From positions 6,016-70,015 of the forward strand of contig JANYIN010000051.1 of NCBI GenBank assembly GCA_025362035.1: a DNA stretch of 64,000 nt. Direction: 5' to 3'. Below the pieces are notes generated by a model. It was not told where the DNA came from, searched no databases, and saw only the letters and a program-made list of their open reading frames with translations. Shown one piece after another: positions 55,075 through 64,000 of the stretch (within the stretch, counting starts at the first letter, position 1; each line of letters starts with the position of its first letter). Origin of the DNA: Gemmatimonadaceae bacterium (GTDB lineage Bacteria; Gemmatimonadota; Gemmatimonadetes; Gemmatimonadales; Gemmatimonadaceae). Made by a program: the position numbers and the translations under genes.

Positions 55075-58000
55075 GCCTCGTCGCGCTCGCCCTGTTCGCG
55101 CAACTCGCGGCGCCAACCATCCCCACGCGCCCCGTGCTCGCGTTTCCCGAACCGGGCATCGACGACCCGGTCGCGTATCAAGGCTATCAGACGCGCCTGT
55201 TTCGCGATGGCGCCGGCAATACCCTGCAGATTTACATCGACGCCCGGGCCGGCCGAGTGGTCCACCTGTGGGCCGACGCGGACGACGAGAGCCTTGGCTT
55301 CACCGCGCGCGATGGGCATGGGCGCGTGGCGCCACTGCGCTGGGGCGGATTCGGCGCCACGGTGTCGGGCACGTCGCGGCCGCGCGCCGTCGAGCACGCC
55401 CTCGTTGCCGACGTGCCTCGCGTTGACCTGGGCTGGTTCCAGCTGGGGTCGATGCGCGTCGAACGGGACCTGCAATACGCCGTGGGACAGAAGGCACCGT
55501 TCGCCAATGCGCCCTTCGCCCTTCCCGATATCGATCGCCTGATCGCTGCGCTCCATCGGCTCGATCCCACTGAGCGCCAGCGGCACCTGGCTCTACTGAA
55601 TGCAGCCGACGAAGGCGCCTTGCGCGCCAGGATGAAACCGATCATCACCACGGCCGGCACTGGTACACGTTCCATCGCCCGCGTCGCCAAGGTCGCCCTG
55701 GACGGGCGCGACACGCTGGTCATGGAGTTCCGCACCGATCCGCGACGAGTGCGCACCACCATCGCGGCCGATTCCATCACGCTGAGCGCGCGTTCCGGTT
55801 CAACCGTGCCCTTCACCGTACGTATCGTCACGAGCGCGCGCCCGCTTACGCCCCTGACCCGCGGCGAGATCTTCAACCCGCGCTTCCTGTCATTCCTGGC
55901 TGACACCCGCCGCGCGGCGAGCCGTCCCGGCGCGCCCCGCAGCACGGTGCTTCACGCCAGACGGCTCGAGCGCCAGGCCCGCGGCCTCGAACTGCTGTCG
56001 TCCCACGAGAAGCTCATGGCCGGCCTCCCGACCTATGCGACGTACTTCGGACGAGACATGCTCATGACCTCGCTGATGATGCGGCCCATCTGGCGGGACG
56101 AGATGTCGGAGTTCGTCATGGCGGCCGCGTTGCGAAAACTGTCGCCCGGCGGACAGGTCAGTCACGAAGAGGCACTCGGCGGACAGGCAGTTCGGGAGGC
56201 CGCCAGCGAGTACGCCCAGCTCATCGACGTGCATGTCGACGCCGTACGCGCGGGCACGCGCGCCGAAGGCGACAGCCTGCTCGGGCGCGCGCGCGACGTG
56301 CTTCGCGATCTGCGCCGCGTGCGCGAGAACTATCACATGATCGATGCAGAGTTTCAGTTCCCGATCGTGTCCTCCCGCTGGCTCTCCGACCCGGCGGTGC
56401 CCGCCGCGACAAAGCGCGCGTTCCTCCTGGATTCCAGCGACAGCGGCGAACCACGAGTGCGTCGTCTGTTGCGGGAGCTCGCGCTGGTTGCGCGCCGCAC
56501 TGTCGCCTACGCCGACAACCCGGTGACCGCCAACCTCGTGTCCTTCGCGCCGCGTGACTCCGGGCGATGGGCGTCGCAGAGCTGGCGTGACAGCAACGTG
56601 GGCTATGCCGGCGGGCGCTACGCGATGGACGTCAACGCGATCTGGGCTCCCCACGCACTCGAATCAGTCGGTCGAATTCTGGATGCCCTGCGTGCTCTGC
56701 ATTTCTCCATCGACTCACTATCCATGGCGCAACCCGAGCTCGGAGGCGGAACGCCACTGGGACGATACATGCGCGACTCGGTCGCCCTCCGGCACGCCGT
56801 CGAGAGCTGGCGTGGCGCCAGCCGTCATTTCCTCGTGTCACTCGGGGCCGACGCGGTGCGCGACAACGTCGCCGCGCGCATCGCGGCGATGCCCGCGGAC
56901 GAGCGGGCCTACTGGTCCGGCGTCCTGACACGAACCAGGGCCGACCGTGACTCCATCAGTTTCCTGGCCATCGCACTCGATGCCGCCGGCACGCCGATCG
57001 CCGTGGCGAACTCCGATCCGGCCACGCGCCTGTTTCTCGGTGACGGCGAAGCGCGCGCCACTCGACCCGATACGCGCACCATGAACGACGTGCTCCGCGA
57101 CGTCCGGTCGTTCACCCGTCGGTACCCGGCCGGCCTGCTGGTCGACGGCGTGGGACCCGTCGTGTCGAGCGACGCGTATGCGTCGCCGACGGTGTGGCGG
57201 GATTTCGACCGCGATCGGTACCACGGGCCGCACGTGGTGTGGGGGCGCGAGGTCAATCTCTTTCTCCTCGGCGCGGCCACTCGTCTCGCCGACGCCGGCG
57301 ACCCGACCACGCCATACGCGCGAGAACTCCGCGCCGCCATCGACTCCGTGGCATCGGCGGTGGAGGCGTCCGGCTTCTTCAGCGAGCTGTGGAGCTGGGA
57401 ATATCAGAACGGCCGCGTGGTGCCGGTTCGGTACGGATCCGGGTCCGACGTGCAGTTGTGGAGCACCACCGATCTCGCCGTCGCCTTTGCGATGTCCTCA
57501 CTGCCGGTGGGCCGGCGCACCGGTGCCGCCGCCCAGCCCACGCTGGGTGCGCACCAGGTCTCGATCATCGAGCGCGACGGTCTGCACTTCAAGGATCTGA
57601 ATCGGAACGGCACGCTCGATCCGTACGAAGATTGGCGCCTCTCACCGGACGGGCGGGCGCGCGATCTCGTCAGCCGCATGACGCTCGAAGAAAAGGCGGG
57701 TGTCATGATGCACGGCACCGCGCGCGCGGGACGGAGCGGGGGAGCAGGGGTTGGCGCGGAGTACGATCTCGCGGCAAATCGCGCCATGATCACCGGCCAG
57801 AAGGTGAACAGCGTCATCACCCGTCTGGGCGGCGCACCCCGTGACCTTGCCGCGCAGAACAACGCGCTTCAGGAAATCGCGGAGTCCACCAGGCTCGGCA
57901 TCCCCATGACCATCAGTACCGATCCGCGAAACCACTTCCAATACGTCCTCGGGGCCAGTGTGCAGTCAGGCCGGTTCTCGCAGTGGCCGGAAGTGCTCGG

Positions 58001-59429
58001 TTTCGCGGCCGTGAACGACACCGCGCTGACGCGGACGTTCGCGGACATCGCGCGTCAGGAGTATCGCGCCGTCGGCATCCACGAGACGCTCTCTCCGCAG
58101 GCTGACCTGGCCACCGAACCACGCTGGAGCCGCATCAACGGTACCTTCGGCGAAGACGCGACGCTCGCCCAGGGGCAAGTCCGCGCGTACGTCGAAGGGT
58201 TTCAGCATGGCACCAGGAGCGTGGACTCCACGAGCGTGCTGGCCGTCGTGAAGCACTGGGTGGGGTACGGCGCCGCGAAGCTGGGCTACGACAGCCACAA
58301 TTCGTACGGGCGCTATGCCACCTTTCCCGGCGCAAACCTGCCATACCACATCAGGCCGTTCCTCGGCGCGTTTTCGGCGAACGTGTCGGGTGTGATGCCG
58401 ACGTACTCGATTCTTCAGGGTGCGACGCTGAACGGTCGGCCCATCGAACAGGTCGGCGCCGGGTTCAACACGCAACTGCTGCACGATCTGCTTCGTACGC
58501 GCTATGGGTTCACGGGCGTGATCCTCACGGACTGGGGCATCACCAACGACTGTGCGGCGGCCTGCCAGAACGGGGTGCCGGCCGGAGAGCGTCCGTCGTT
58601 TGCCAACGTGGCGATGTCATGGGGCGTGGAGCAGCTCGCGAAACGGGACCGCTTCGTCAAGGCCGTGAACGCCGGCATCGATCAGTTCGGCGGCACGGAG
58701 GAGTCCGAGAACCTCGTCACGGCCGTGCACGACGGCTTATTGAAGGAAGCGCGGCTCGACGAATCCGTCTATCGGATCGTGCTGCGGAAGTTCCAGCAAG
58801 GTCTTTTCGAGAATCCGTACGTCGATCCGGCAAGAGCGGAGCGAACCGTCGGGACGGCCGCGTTTCAGTCGATCGCCACGCAGACGCAGCGACGTTCGCT
58901 GGTGCTGCTGGAGAACAAGAAGAGCATCCTGCCGCTCGCGCCGCCCGGAAAGCGTGTGTACCTGCGCGGCATCGATCCGCAGGTCGCAGCGTCATATGGT
59001 TTCATCGTCGTGATGGATCCCTCGCAGGCCGACGTGGCGATCGTCCGCACCACCGCGCCGTTCGAGACGCTCCATCCGGGCTACGTCTTTGGCGCGATGC
59101 AGCACGAGGGCAACCTGGGTTTCCGCGAGGGCGACAGCGAGTATGAAGCGATCAAACAGATCAGCGCGAAGGTGCCGACGATCGTGACGGTGTATCTCGA
59201 CCGGCCCGCCATTCTCACCGGATTGGCCGCGATGTCCAGCGCGCTGGTGGCCAATTTCGGCGTGAGCGACGCTGCGCTCCTCGATGTGTTGACGGGCAAG
59301 TGCAGGCCGGCGGGGAAGCTGCCGTTCGAATTGCCCTCGTCGATGCAGGCGGTGGAGGCGCAGAAGTCCGACGTGCCGTACGACAGCGAAAAGCCTCTCT
59401 ACAAATTCGGATTCGGAAGGACCTATTGA
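55071..59429 (+). CDS. 1452-aa fusion protein: N-terminal six-hairpin (GDE-like) domain plus C-terminal GH3 beta-glucosidase
   Basis: The N-terminal ~740 aa carry '[15 protein letters not shown]', '[17 protein letters not shown]' and '[18 protein letters not shown]'. The C-terminal half is GH3 ('[14 protein letters not shown]', 'KHWVGYGA', '[10 protein letters not shown]', '[12 protein letters not shown]'). Confidence 0.8.
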   Translation: MSLVALALFAQLAAPTIPTRPVLAFPEPGIDDPVAYQGYQTRLFRDGAGNTLQIYIDARAGRVVHLWADADDESLGFTARDGHGRVAPLRWGGFGATVSGTSRPRAVEHALVADVPRVDLGWFQLGSMRVERDLQYAVGQKAPFANAPFALPDIDRLIAALHRLDPTERQRHLALLNAADEGALRARMKPIITTAGTGTRSIARVAKVALDGRDTLVMEFRTDPRRVRTTIAADSITLSARSGSTVPFTVRIVTSARPLTPLTRGEIFNPRFLSFLADTRRAASRPGAPRSTVLHARRLERQARGLELLSSHEKLMAGLPTYATYFGRDMLMTSLMMRPIWRDEMSEFVMAAALRKLSPGGQVSHEEALGGQAVREAASEYAQLIDVHVDAVRAGTRAEGDSLLGRARDVLRDLRRVRENYHMIDAEFQFPIVSSRWLSDPAVPAATKRAFLLDSSDSGEPRVRRLLRELALVARRTVAYADNPVTANLVSFAPRDSGRWASQSWRDSNVGYAGGRYAMDVNAIWAPHALESVGRILDALRALHFSIDSLSMAQPELGGGTPLGRYMRDSVALRHAVESWRGASRHFLVSLGADAVRDNVAARIAAMPADERAYWSGVLTRTRADRDSISFLAIALDAAGTPIAVANSDPATRLFLGDGEARATRPDTRTMNDVLRDVRSFTRRYPAGLLVDGVGPVVSSDAYASPTVWRDFDRDRYHGPHVVWGREVNLFLLGAATRLADAGDPTTPYARELRAAIDSVASAVEASGFFSELWSWEYQNGRVVPVRYGSGSDVQLWSTTDLAVAFAMSSLPVGRRTGAAAQPTLGAHQVSIIERDGLHFKDLNRNGTLDPYEDWRLSPDGRARDLVSRMTLEEKAGVMMHGTARAGRSGGAGVGAEYDLAANRAMITGQKVNSVITRLGGAPRDLAAQNNALQEIAESTRLGIPMTISTDPRNHFQYVLGASVQSGRFSQWPEVLGFAAVNDTALTRTFADIARQEYRAVGIHETLSPQADLATEPRWSRINGTFGEDATLAQGQVRAYVEGFQHGTRSVDSTSVLAVVKHWVGYGAAKLGYDSHNSYGRYATFPGANLPYHIRPFLGAFSANVSGVMPTYSILQGATLNGRPIEQVGAGFNTQLLHDLLRTRYGFTGVILTDWGITNDCAAACQNGVPAGERPSFANVAMSWGVEQLAKRDRFVKAVNAGIDQFGGTEESENLVTAVHDGLLKEARLDESVYRIVLRKFQQGLFENPYVDPARAERTVGTAAFQSIATQTQRRSLVLLENKKSILPLAPPGKRVYLRGIDPQVAASYGFIVVMDPSQADVAIVRTTAPFETLHPGYVFGAMQHEGNLGFREGDSEYEAIKQISAKVPTIVTVYLDRPAILTGLAAMSSALVANFGVSDAALLDVLTGKCRPAGKLPFELPSSMQAVEAQKSDVPYDSEKPLYKFGFGRTY

Positions 59430-59541
59430 AGCGCAGGACGGCAGGCTTGTGCGAGCTGGGTTTCGGTCGTATCTCCTGCGCTCTGGGCGCCGAGCTGGTT
59501 CGACGGACGCCCAGGGCACCCTCACGCTATTCGAATATCTG

Positions 59542-61392
59542 ATGAACCGACGTCGTCCTCCGTCCCGCTCGTGGGCGTTGTCAGGCATGATGGGCCTGAC
59601 CTTTTGCGCCATGGCCTGCGCCACTGCTTCGCGTACATCCTCGCGAACGGAGTTGATGTCGTTCGACGCGCCGGCTCGGGACCTGCTCTCCCGGATGACG
59701 CTCGCCGAGAAGGTCGGCCAGATGACGCAGGCCGACCACGAATTCATCAAGGATCCGTCGGACGTCGAGCGCTTCATGCTGGGCTCGGTCCTGAACGGCG
59801 GCGATTCCGACCCCAGTTCAGGCAATTCCATGCAGTCGTGGCGCGCGATGGCGGAGATGTATCAGGGCCACGCAGCGCGTACTCGGCTCCGCATTCCGTT
59901 GATTTACGGCATCGATGCGGTCCATGGCAACAACAACGTGATCGGCGCCGTGGTCTTTCCGCACAACGTGGGACTTGGCGCCACCCGAGACGTGGAGCTC
60001 GTTCGGCGCGCCGCCGAGGTCACGGCGGAAGAGACGCGTGCGATCGGCGTGAACTGGGCGTTTGCCCCGTGCGTCTGCGTTCCCCAGGACATCCGATGGG
60101 GGCGCACCTACGAGGGCTTTTCCGAAGACCCTGCGGTGGTGTCGGAGTTGGGGGCGGCCGCCGTGCGCGGCTTGCAGGGAAGCAATCTGCGCGATCCGCT
60201 TCGGGTGGCGGCGTCCGCGAAACACTTTGTGGGCGACGGTGGAACCGCCGTGGGCAGCGGCATCGACAAGCAGCTCGATCAAGGTGACACGCGCGCGGAT
60301 TCGGCCACGCTGCGGCGCTTGTTCCTGTTTCCGTATCGCGCCGCGGTCGACGCGGGCGTGGCCACCATCATGCCCTCATACAGCAGTTGGAACGGAGTTA
60401 AGGTCTCCGGTGACCGGCATCTGCTCACCGAGGTGCTCAAGGGAGAGCTCGGATTCCAGGGATTCCTGATTTCGGATTACCGCGCTGTTGATCAGGTGCA
60501 TCCCGACTACAAATCGGCGATCGCGATTTCGATCAATGCGGGCATGGACATGGTAATGGTGCCCGACCGGTACGCCGAGTTCATCACGAAACTCACGGAG
60601 CTGGTGAACGAAGGACGGGTGCCCATGTCGCGCATCGACGATGCCGTTGCGCGTATCCTGCGAGTCAAGCTCGCCATGGGACTGCTGGATCCGAACTACG
60701 ATTTCCATGCGGACCGCGCGCTCGAAGCGCGATTCGGTTCTCGTGAGCATCGGGCCGTGGCCCGTCAGGCGGTGCGCGAGTCCATGGTCCTGCTCAAGAA
60801 TGAGCGCGGCACGTTGCCCCTCTCGAAATCCTCCCGGCGCATTCACGTCGCGGGCCGCGCCGCCAACGACATCGGCATGCAGGCCGGCGGCTGGACGATC
60901 TTCTGGCAGGGCAAGGCCGGAGACATCACCACCGGTGGCACGACCATTCTGTCCGCCATCAAACAGGCCGTTGGGCAAGGAACGCAGGTGAGCTACTCTG
61001 TTGACGGAAGCGGCGCGGCGGGTGCCGACGCGGTGGTGGTCGTCGTCGGCGAGGCGCCATACGCCGAAATGAGAGGAGACAAACTCGACCTGTCGCTCGA
61101 CGCGGCCGATCGCGCCGCGGTGTCGAACGCGCGCGCCGCGGGCGTTCCTGTCACCGTGGTGGTCATCTCGGGACGGCCACTCCTGCTCGGCCCGGTGTTG
61201 GACGAAGCCAGCGCGATCGTGGCGGCCTGGCTTCCCGGCACGGAGGGAACCGGCGTGGCCGACGTGCTCTTCGGAGACTACAAGCCGAGCGGCAAGCTGT
61301 CCTACACCTGGCCGCGATCGATGGGGCAACTGCCGCTACGCGACGGAGCGAGCGAGCCGCTCTTCCCGTTCGGGTTCGGCCTGACGTACTAG
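59542..61392 (+). CDS. bglX: GH3 beta-glucosidase (BglX-like), exported
   Basis: '[12 protein letters not shown]', '[10 protein letters not shown]', 'KHFVGDGGT', '[14 protein letters not shown]', '[11 protein letters not shown]'. Start at ATG 59542 with a signal-like '[17 protein letters not shown]'. Confidence 0.9.
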   Translation: MNRRRPPSRSWALSGMMGLTFCAMACATASRTSSRTELMSFDAPARDLLSRMTLAEKVGQMTQADHEFIKDPSDVERFMLGSVLNGGDSDPSSGNSMQSWRAMAEMYQGHAARTRLRIPLIYGIDAVHGNNNVIGAVVFPHNVGLGATRDVELVRRAAEVTAEETRAIGVNWAFAPCVCVPQDIRWGRTYEGFSEDPAVVSELGAAAVRGLQGSNLRDPLRVAASAKHFVGDGGTAVGSGIDKQLDQGDTRADSATLRRLFLFPYRAAVDAGVATIMPSYSSWNGVKVSGDRHLLTEVLKGELGFQGFLISDYRAVDQVHPDYKSAIAISINAGMDMVMVPDRYAEFITKLTELVNEGRVPMSRIDDAVARILRVKLAMGLLDPNYDFHADRALEARFGSREHRAVARQAVRESMVLLKNERGTLPLSKSSRRIHVAGRAANDIGMQAGGWTIFWQGKAGDITTGGTTILSAIKQAVGQGTQVSYSVDGSGAAGADAVVVVVGEAPYAEMRGDKLDLSLDAADRAAVSNARAAGVPVTVVVISGRPLLLGPVLDEASAIVAAWLPGTEGTGVADVLFGDYKPSGKLSYTWPRSMGQLPLRDGASEPLFPFGFGLTY

Positions 61393-61394
61393 CG

Positions 61395-62582
61395 ATGCGC
61401 CCTATCCTGCCTCGAGCCATTCGACTGCTGGTTGCCATTCCCCTCATGGGCGGGATGACGGCGACTCGACCCGTCGACAATGGATTGGCGCGCACCCCTC
61501 CCATGGGATGGAACAGCTGGAACAAGTTCGGCTGCGACGTGAGCGCGCAACTCATTCGCGGCGTGGCCGATGCGATGGTCGCGAATGGCATGCGCGACGC
61601 AGGCTATCAGTATGTCACCATCGACGACTGCTGGCAGGTGTCCCGTGACGCGAACGGAACCATCGTGGCGGATCCGCAGCGCTTTCCGGATGGCATCAAG
61701 GCGCTGGCGGACTACATCCACGCCAAGGGTCTGAAATTCGGCATCTACACCGATGCGGGGCGCAAGACCTGTGAAGGGCGGCCCGGCAGCTACGGCTACG
61801 AAGTCGCCGACGCAAGAACGTATGCCTCGTGGGACGTCGACTACGTCAAGGTCGACTGGTGCAATGCCGAAGGGCTCCACGCGCCCACGCAGTACGCGAA
61901 GATTCGCGATGCGCTGGCCGGTTCGGGGCGACGCATCGTCTTCAGCATCTGTGAATGGGGGAGCAACCGGCCATGGGAGTGGGCGCCCGCCGTGGGCAAT
62001 CTCTGGCGCACGACCGGCGACATTTCCGACCGCTGGAGCAGCGTGCTCACGCTGGTGGACCTCTCATCGCAATACTGGCACGTGGCAGAGCCGGGAAGCT
62101 GGAACGACCCCGACATGCTGGAAGTCGGCAACGGCGGCATGACGAACACCGAATACCGATCCCATTTCAGCCTCTGGGCCATGATGGCCGCGCCGCTCAT
62201 CGCCGGTAACGACGTGCGCGCCATGATGGGCACCTCACCCGCGGCCGCCGCGACTCGCGACATCCTGCTCAATCAGGAGGTCATCGCGGTGGACCAGGAC
62301 TCGCTCGGCGTGCAGGGCAAGATCGTCGAGGCGTCGCCAAGCGAATTGCAGGTCTGGGCAAAGCCGCTTGCCGACGGATCGCGCGCCGTGCTGCTGTTCA
62401 ATCGCGCCTCGGTCCCGTCGAGCATCACGGCTGAGTGGGGCAGCGTCGGCCTCGAGACGAAGAAAGCCCGCGTGCGCGACCTGTGGGCGCACACGGAGTC
62501 ATCCAGCGTGGACAGCCGATACGCTGCCACCGTGCCGGCGCACGGCGTCGTGATGCTTCGCGTGTGGCCGATCCCGAACTGA
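61395..62582 (+). CDS. Alpha-galactosidase, GH27
   Basis: 'NGLARTPPMGWNSWNKFGC', 'GYQYVTIDDCW', 'DVDYVKVDWC', 'SICEWG', 'WNDPDMLEVGN'. Confidence 0.9.
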   Translation: MRPILPRAIRLLVAIPLMGGMTATRPVDNGLARTPPMGWNSWNKFGCDVSAQLIRGVADAMVANGMRDAGYQYVTIDDCWQVSRDANGTIVADPQRFPDGIKALADYIHAKGLKFGIYTDAGRKTCEGRPGSYGYEVADARTYASWDVDYVKVDWCNAEGLHAPTQYAKIRDALAGSGRRIVFSICEWGSNRPWEWAPAVGNLWRTTGDISDRWSSVLTLVDLSSQYWHVAEPGSWNDPDMLEVGNGGMTNTEYRSHFSLWAMMAAPLIAGNDVRAMMGTSPAAAATRDILLNQEVIAVDQDSLGVQGKIVEASPSELQVWAKPLADGSRAVLLFNRASVPSSITAEWGSVGLETKKARVRDLWAHTESSSVDSRYAATVPAHGVVMLRVWPIPN

Positions 62583-62616
62583 CAGTACCTGAGCTGACTC
62601 GCTTCCGAGGACGCCA

Positions 62617-63660
62617 ATGAGAGGGAAAGCCGCCTCCCTGCTGCTCGCATCGCTGCTCGCCTCGAGTGTGCTCTCGGCGCAGAGCACACCCGCCGCGGCG
62701 TTGCTCGTGCTCTCCAAGAGCGATCGCACGCTCGCCATCGTCGATCCCTCGTCGATGGCTGTCTTTGCTCGCATGCCCGTTGGCCAGGACCCGCACGAAG
62801 TGGTGGCCAGCACTGACGGCCGACTCGCATACGTCTCCAACTACGGCGGCGGCGCCTACAACACCATCTCCGTGGTGGACCTGGTAGCACGCAAGCCCCT
62901 CGCTCCGATCGACCTTGGTGCGCTGCGCGGACCCCACGGCCTGGTGTACGCCGGCGGCAAGGTGTGGTTCACCGCGGAAGCCGCCAAGGCCATCGGAAGC
63001 TACGATCCCGCTTCTGGAAGGATCGATTGGGTCCTTGGCACGGGACAGAACAGAACGCACATGATCTTCGTATTCGACGATCTCAAGCGGTTGGTCTCAT
63101 CCAATGTCAATTCCGCGAGCCTCAGCTTTGCGGAGAAGAGCGCCGGCGGAGGGCGCGGTGCGCCCGGCGGACCTGGTGGGCAAGGCCCACCGATGGGCGC
63201 GCCGCAGGGTGATTGGGACATCACGCTGGTCAGTGTGGGCAGAGGAGCCGAAGGCTTCGACGTCTCTCCTGATAGCCGGGAACTCTGGGCGGCGAACGCG
63301 CAGGACGGCACCATCTCAATCGTGGACGTGGCCACGAAGAGGGTTACGCGCACGCTCGCAGCCAATGTCGGCGGCGCCAATAGGTTGAAGTTCACCCCCG
63401 ACGGCAGACTGGTGCTCGTCTCGACCCTCCGTGGTCCGGACGTGGTGGTCTTCGACGCGGCCACGCACGCCGTGGTGAAACGGGTGATCGTCGGCACGGG
63501 TGCTGCCGGCATCCAGATGCAGCCCGACGGCGCGCGCGCCTATGTGGCGTGCACCCCGGACAACTACGTGGCGGTCATCGATCTCAAGACGCTAACCGTG
63601 CTGGGGCACATCGACGCCGGTCCGCAGCCCGACGGCCTGGCCTGGGCGGTTCGGCCCTAG
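62617..63660 (+). CDS. YncE/YVTN-type beta-propeller protein, secreted (second copy in window)
   Basis: Signal 'LLLASLLASSVLSAQS'. Blade-like repeats ('LAIVDPSSMAVFARMPVG', 'ISIVDVATKRVTRTL', 'VAVIDLKTLTVLGHI'). Gly/Pro-rich insert at 63139-63210. Confidence 0.7.
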   Translation: MRGKAASLLLASLLASSVLSAQSTPAAALLVLSKSDRTLAIVDPSSMAVFARMPVGQDPHEVVASTDGRLAYVSNYGGGAYNTISVVDLVARKPLAPIDLGALRGPHGLVYAGGKVWFTAEAAKAIGSYDPASGRIDWVLGTGQNRTHMIFVFDDLKRLVSSNVNSASLSFAEKSAGGGRGAPGGPGGQGPPMGAPQGDWDITLVSVGRGAEGFDVSPDSRELWAANAQDGTISIVDVATKRVTRTLAANVGGANRLKFTPDGRLVLVSTLRGPDVVVFDAATHAVVKRVIVGTGAAGIQMQPDGARAYVACTPDNYVAVIDLKTLTVLGHIDAGPQPDGLAWAVRP

Positions 63661-64000
63661 CCCGCGCGCTCGATGAGCTGCGACGGCGTCAGCAACCAGC
63701 GAAGGGTGCCGGTGCCCGCTCCTGGCGCTCCACCAAAGCCGAGGAGGCAGGCGCCGCCCTTCTTCAGCACCACGCGTGATTCGTCAACGCCCGTCATCAG
63801 CCACGTGACGAGTTGGCTGAGATTCGGTTCATGCCCGACGATTGCGCAGACGTCCCCGAGCTCGTTGGCGCGCACCCAGTCGATGAAGCTCTTCGGTGTG
63901 TTCTCCGGCCGCAGGGCATCCACGGTACGCGTTGCGGCAGTGCCGTAGGCCTCGCTGACGATCTGCGCCGTCTGCATCGCGCGCGTCAGCGGGCTGGTGG
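63657..64000 (-). CDS. sixA: Phosphohistidine phosphatase SixA-like (histidine phosphatase superfamily), 5' end beyond window
   Basis: The frame is open to the window edge and reads '...TSPLTRAMQTAQIV...IVGHEPNLSQLVTWL...LKKGGACLL'. Its stop shares the CTAG tetranucleotide with the convergent gene. Confidence 0.65.
   Translation of the reverse strand, partial: TSPLTRAMQTAQIVSEAYGTAATRTVDALRPENTPKSFIDWVRANELGDVCAIVGHEPNLSQLVTWLMTGVDESRVVLKKGGACLLGFGGAPGAGTGTLRWLLTPSQLIERAG

Noticed and set aside
63657-63660. Shared CTAG (both convergent stop codons) at 63657-63660, and a TGATCA stop-stop palindrome at 41271-41276.
   Set aside because: These are real but trivial consequences of tightly packed convergent genes. 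There is no evidence of function.
1-64000. Scan for mobile elements, CRISPR arrays, prophage or defence-system genes, and rRNA or tRNA genes.
   Set aside because: I saw no transposase, integrase or recombinase motifs, no regularly spaced direct repeats, no nuclease, helicase or methyltransferase clusters, and no rRNA- or tRNA-like sequences. Apart from the susC/lacI control region, composition shows no visible large shifts (not computed) that would indicate a recently acquired island.

Overview
This is a visibly very GC-rich bacterial chromosomal segment (GC not computed). I call about 45 protein-coding genes. I found no rRNA or tRNA genes, CRISPR arrays, transposases or integrases. Protein style (Hanks kinases of the 'GGGMSRVFLA' type, SusC/SusD pairs in a high-GC background, many Tat and lipoprotein signals) suggests a Gemmatimonadota- or Acidobacteriota-like organism, but that is inference only.

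Layout:
- 1-14 kb: mixed housekeeping and accessory genes. These are an NSS transporter, a split TPP-decarboxylase plus cyclase cassette, galM, a 952-aa secreted protein, a GRDP-like Gly/Cys-tailed protein, an RCK-pore-RCK K+ channel, DppA, SthA, a CHAD protein and a Tat-signal protein.
- 14-23.5 kb: a signalling cluster. It holds a YncE-like propeller, a Hanks Ser/Thr kinase translationally coupled to a LytTR response regulator, an AraC regulator, a tandem LytS-type histidine kinase whose second module is degenerate, and a CBM9/DUF5916 outer-membrane protein.
- 24-27.8 kb: hppD-hmgA plus TauE/DUF1634.
- 27.9-29.9 kb: a membrane pseudokinase with a coupled small ORF.
- 30-63.7 kb: a large carbohydrate island.
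  - An SSS symporter, small membrane protein and GH31 operon.
  - An MFS, GH37 trehalase and DUF3179 operon.
  - A GDE/GH100-like enzyme coupled to a uridine-kinase-like gene.
  - A SusC/SusD pair with two CRTAC1/ASPIC-UnbV paralogues and an orphan Plug lipoprotein.
  - A LacI-led operon with a 1452-aa six-hairpin::GH3 fusion, a second GH3, a GH27 and another propeller.

The most notable hidden signal is at 34602-35213. The ORF track splits an AhpD/carboxymuconolactone-decarboxylase-family gene at an in-frame TGA. That TGA sits exactly at the second Cys of the CxxCxxxH redox motif and is followed immediately by a SECIS-like hairpin. This makes it a probable selenocysteine-containing peroxidase-related protein that ORF callers would miss.

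Most long antisense ORFs in the track are GC-driven artefacts.
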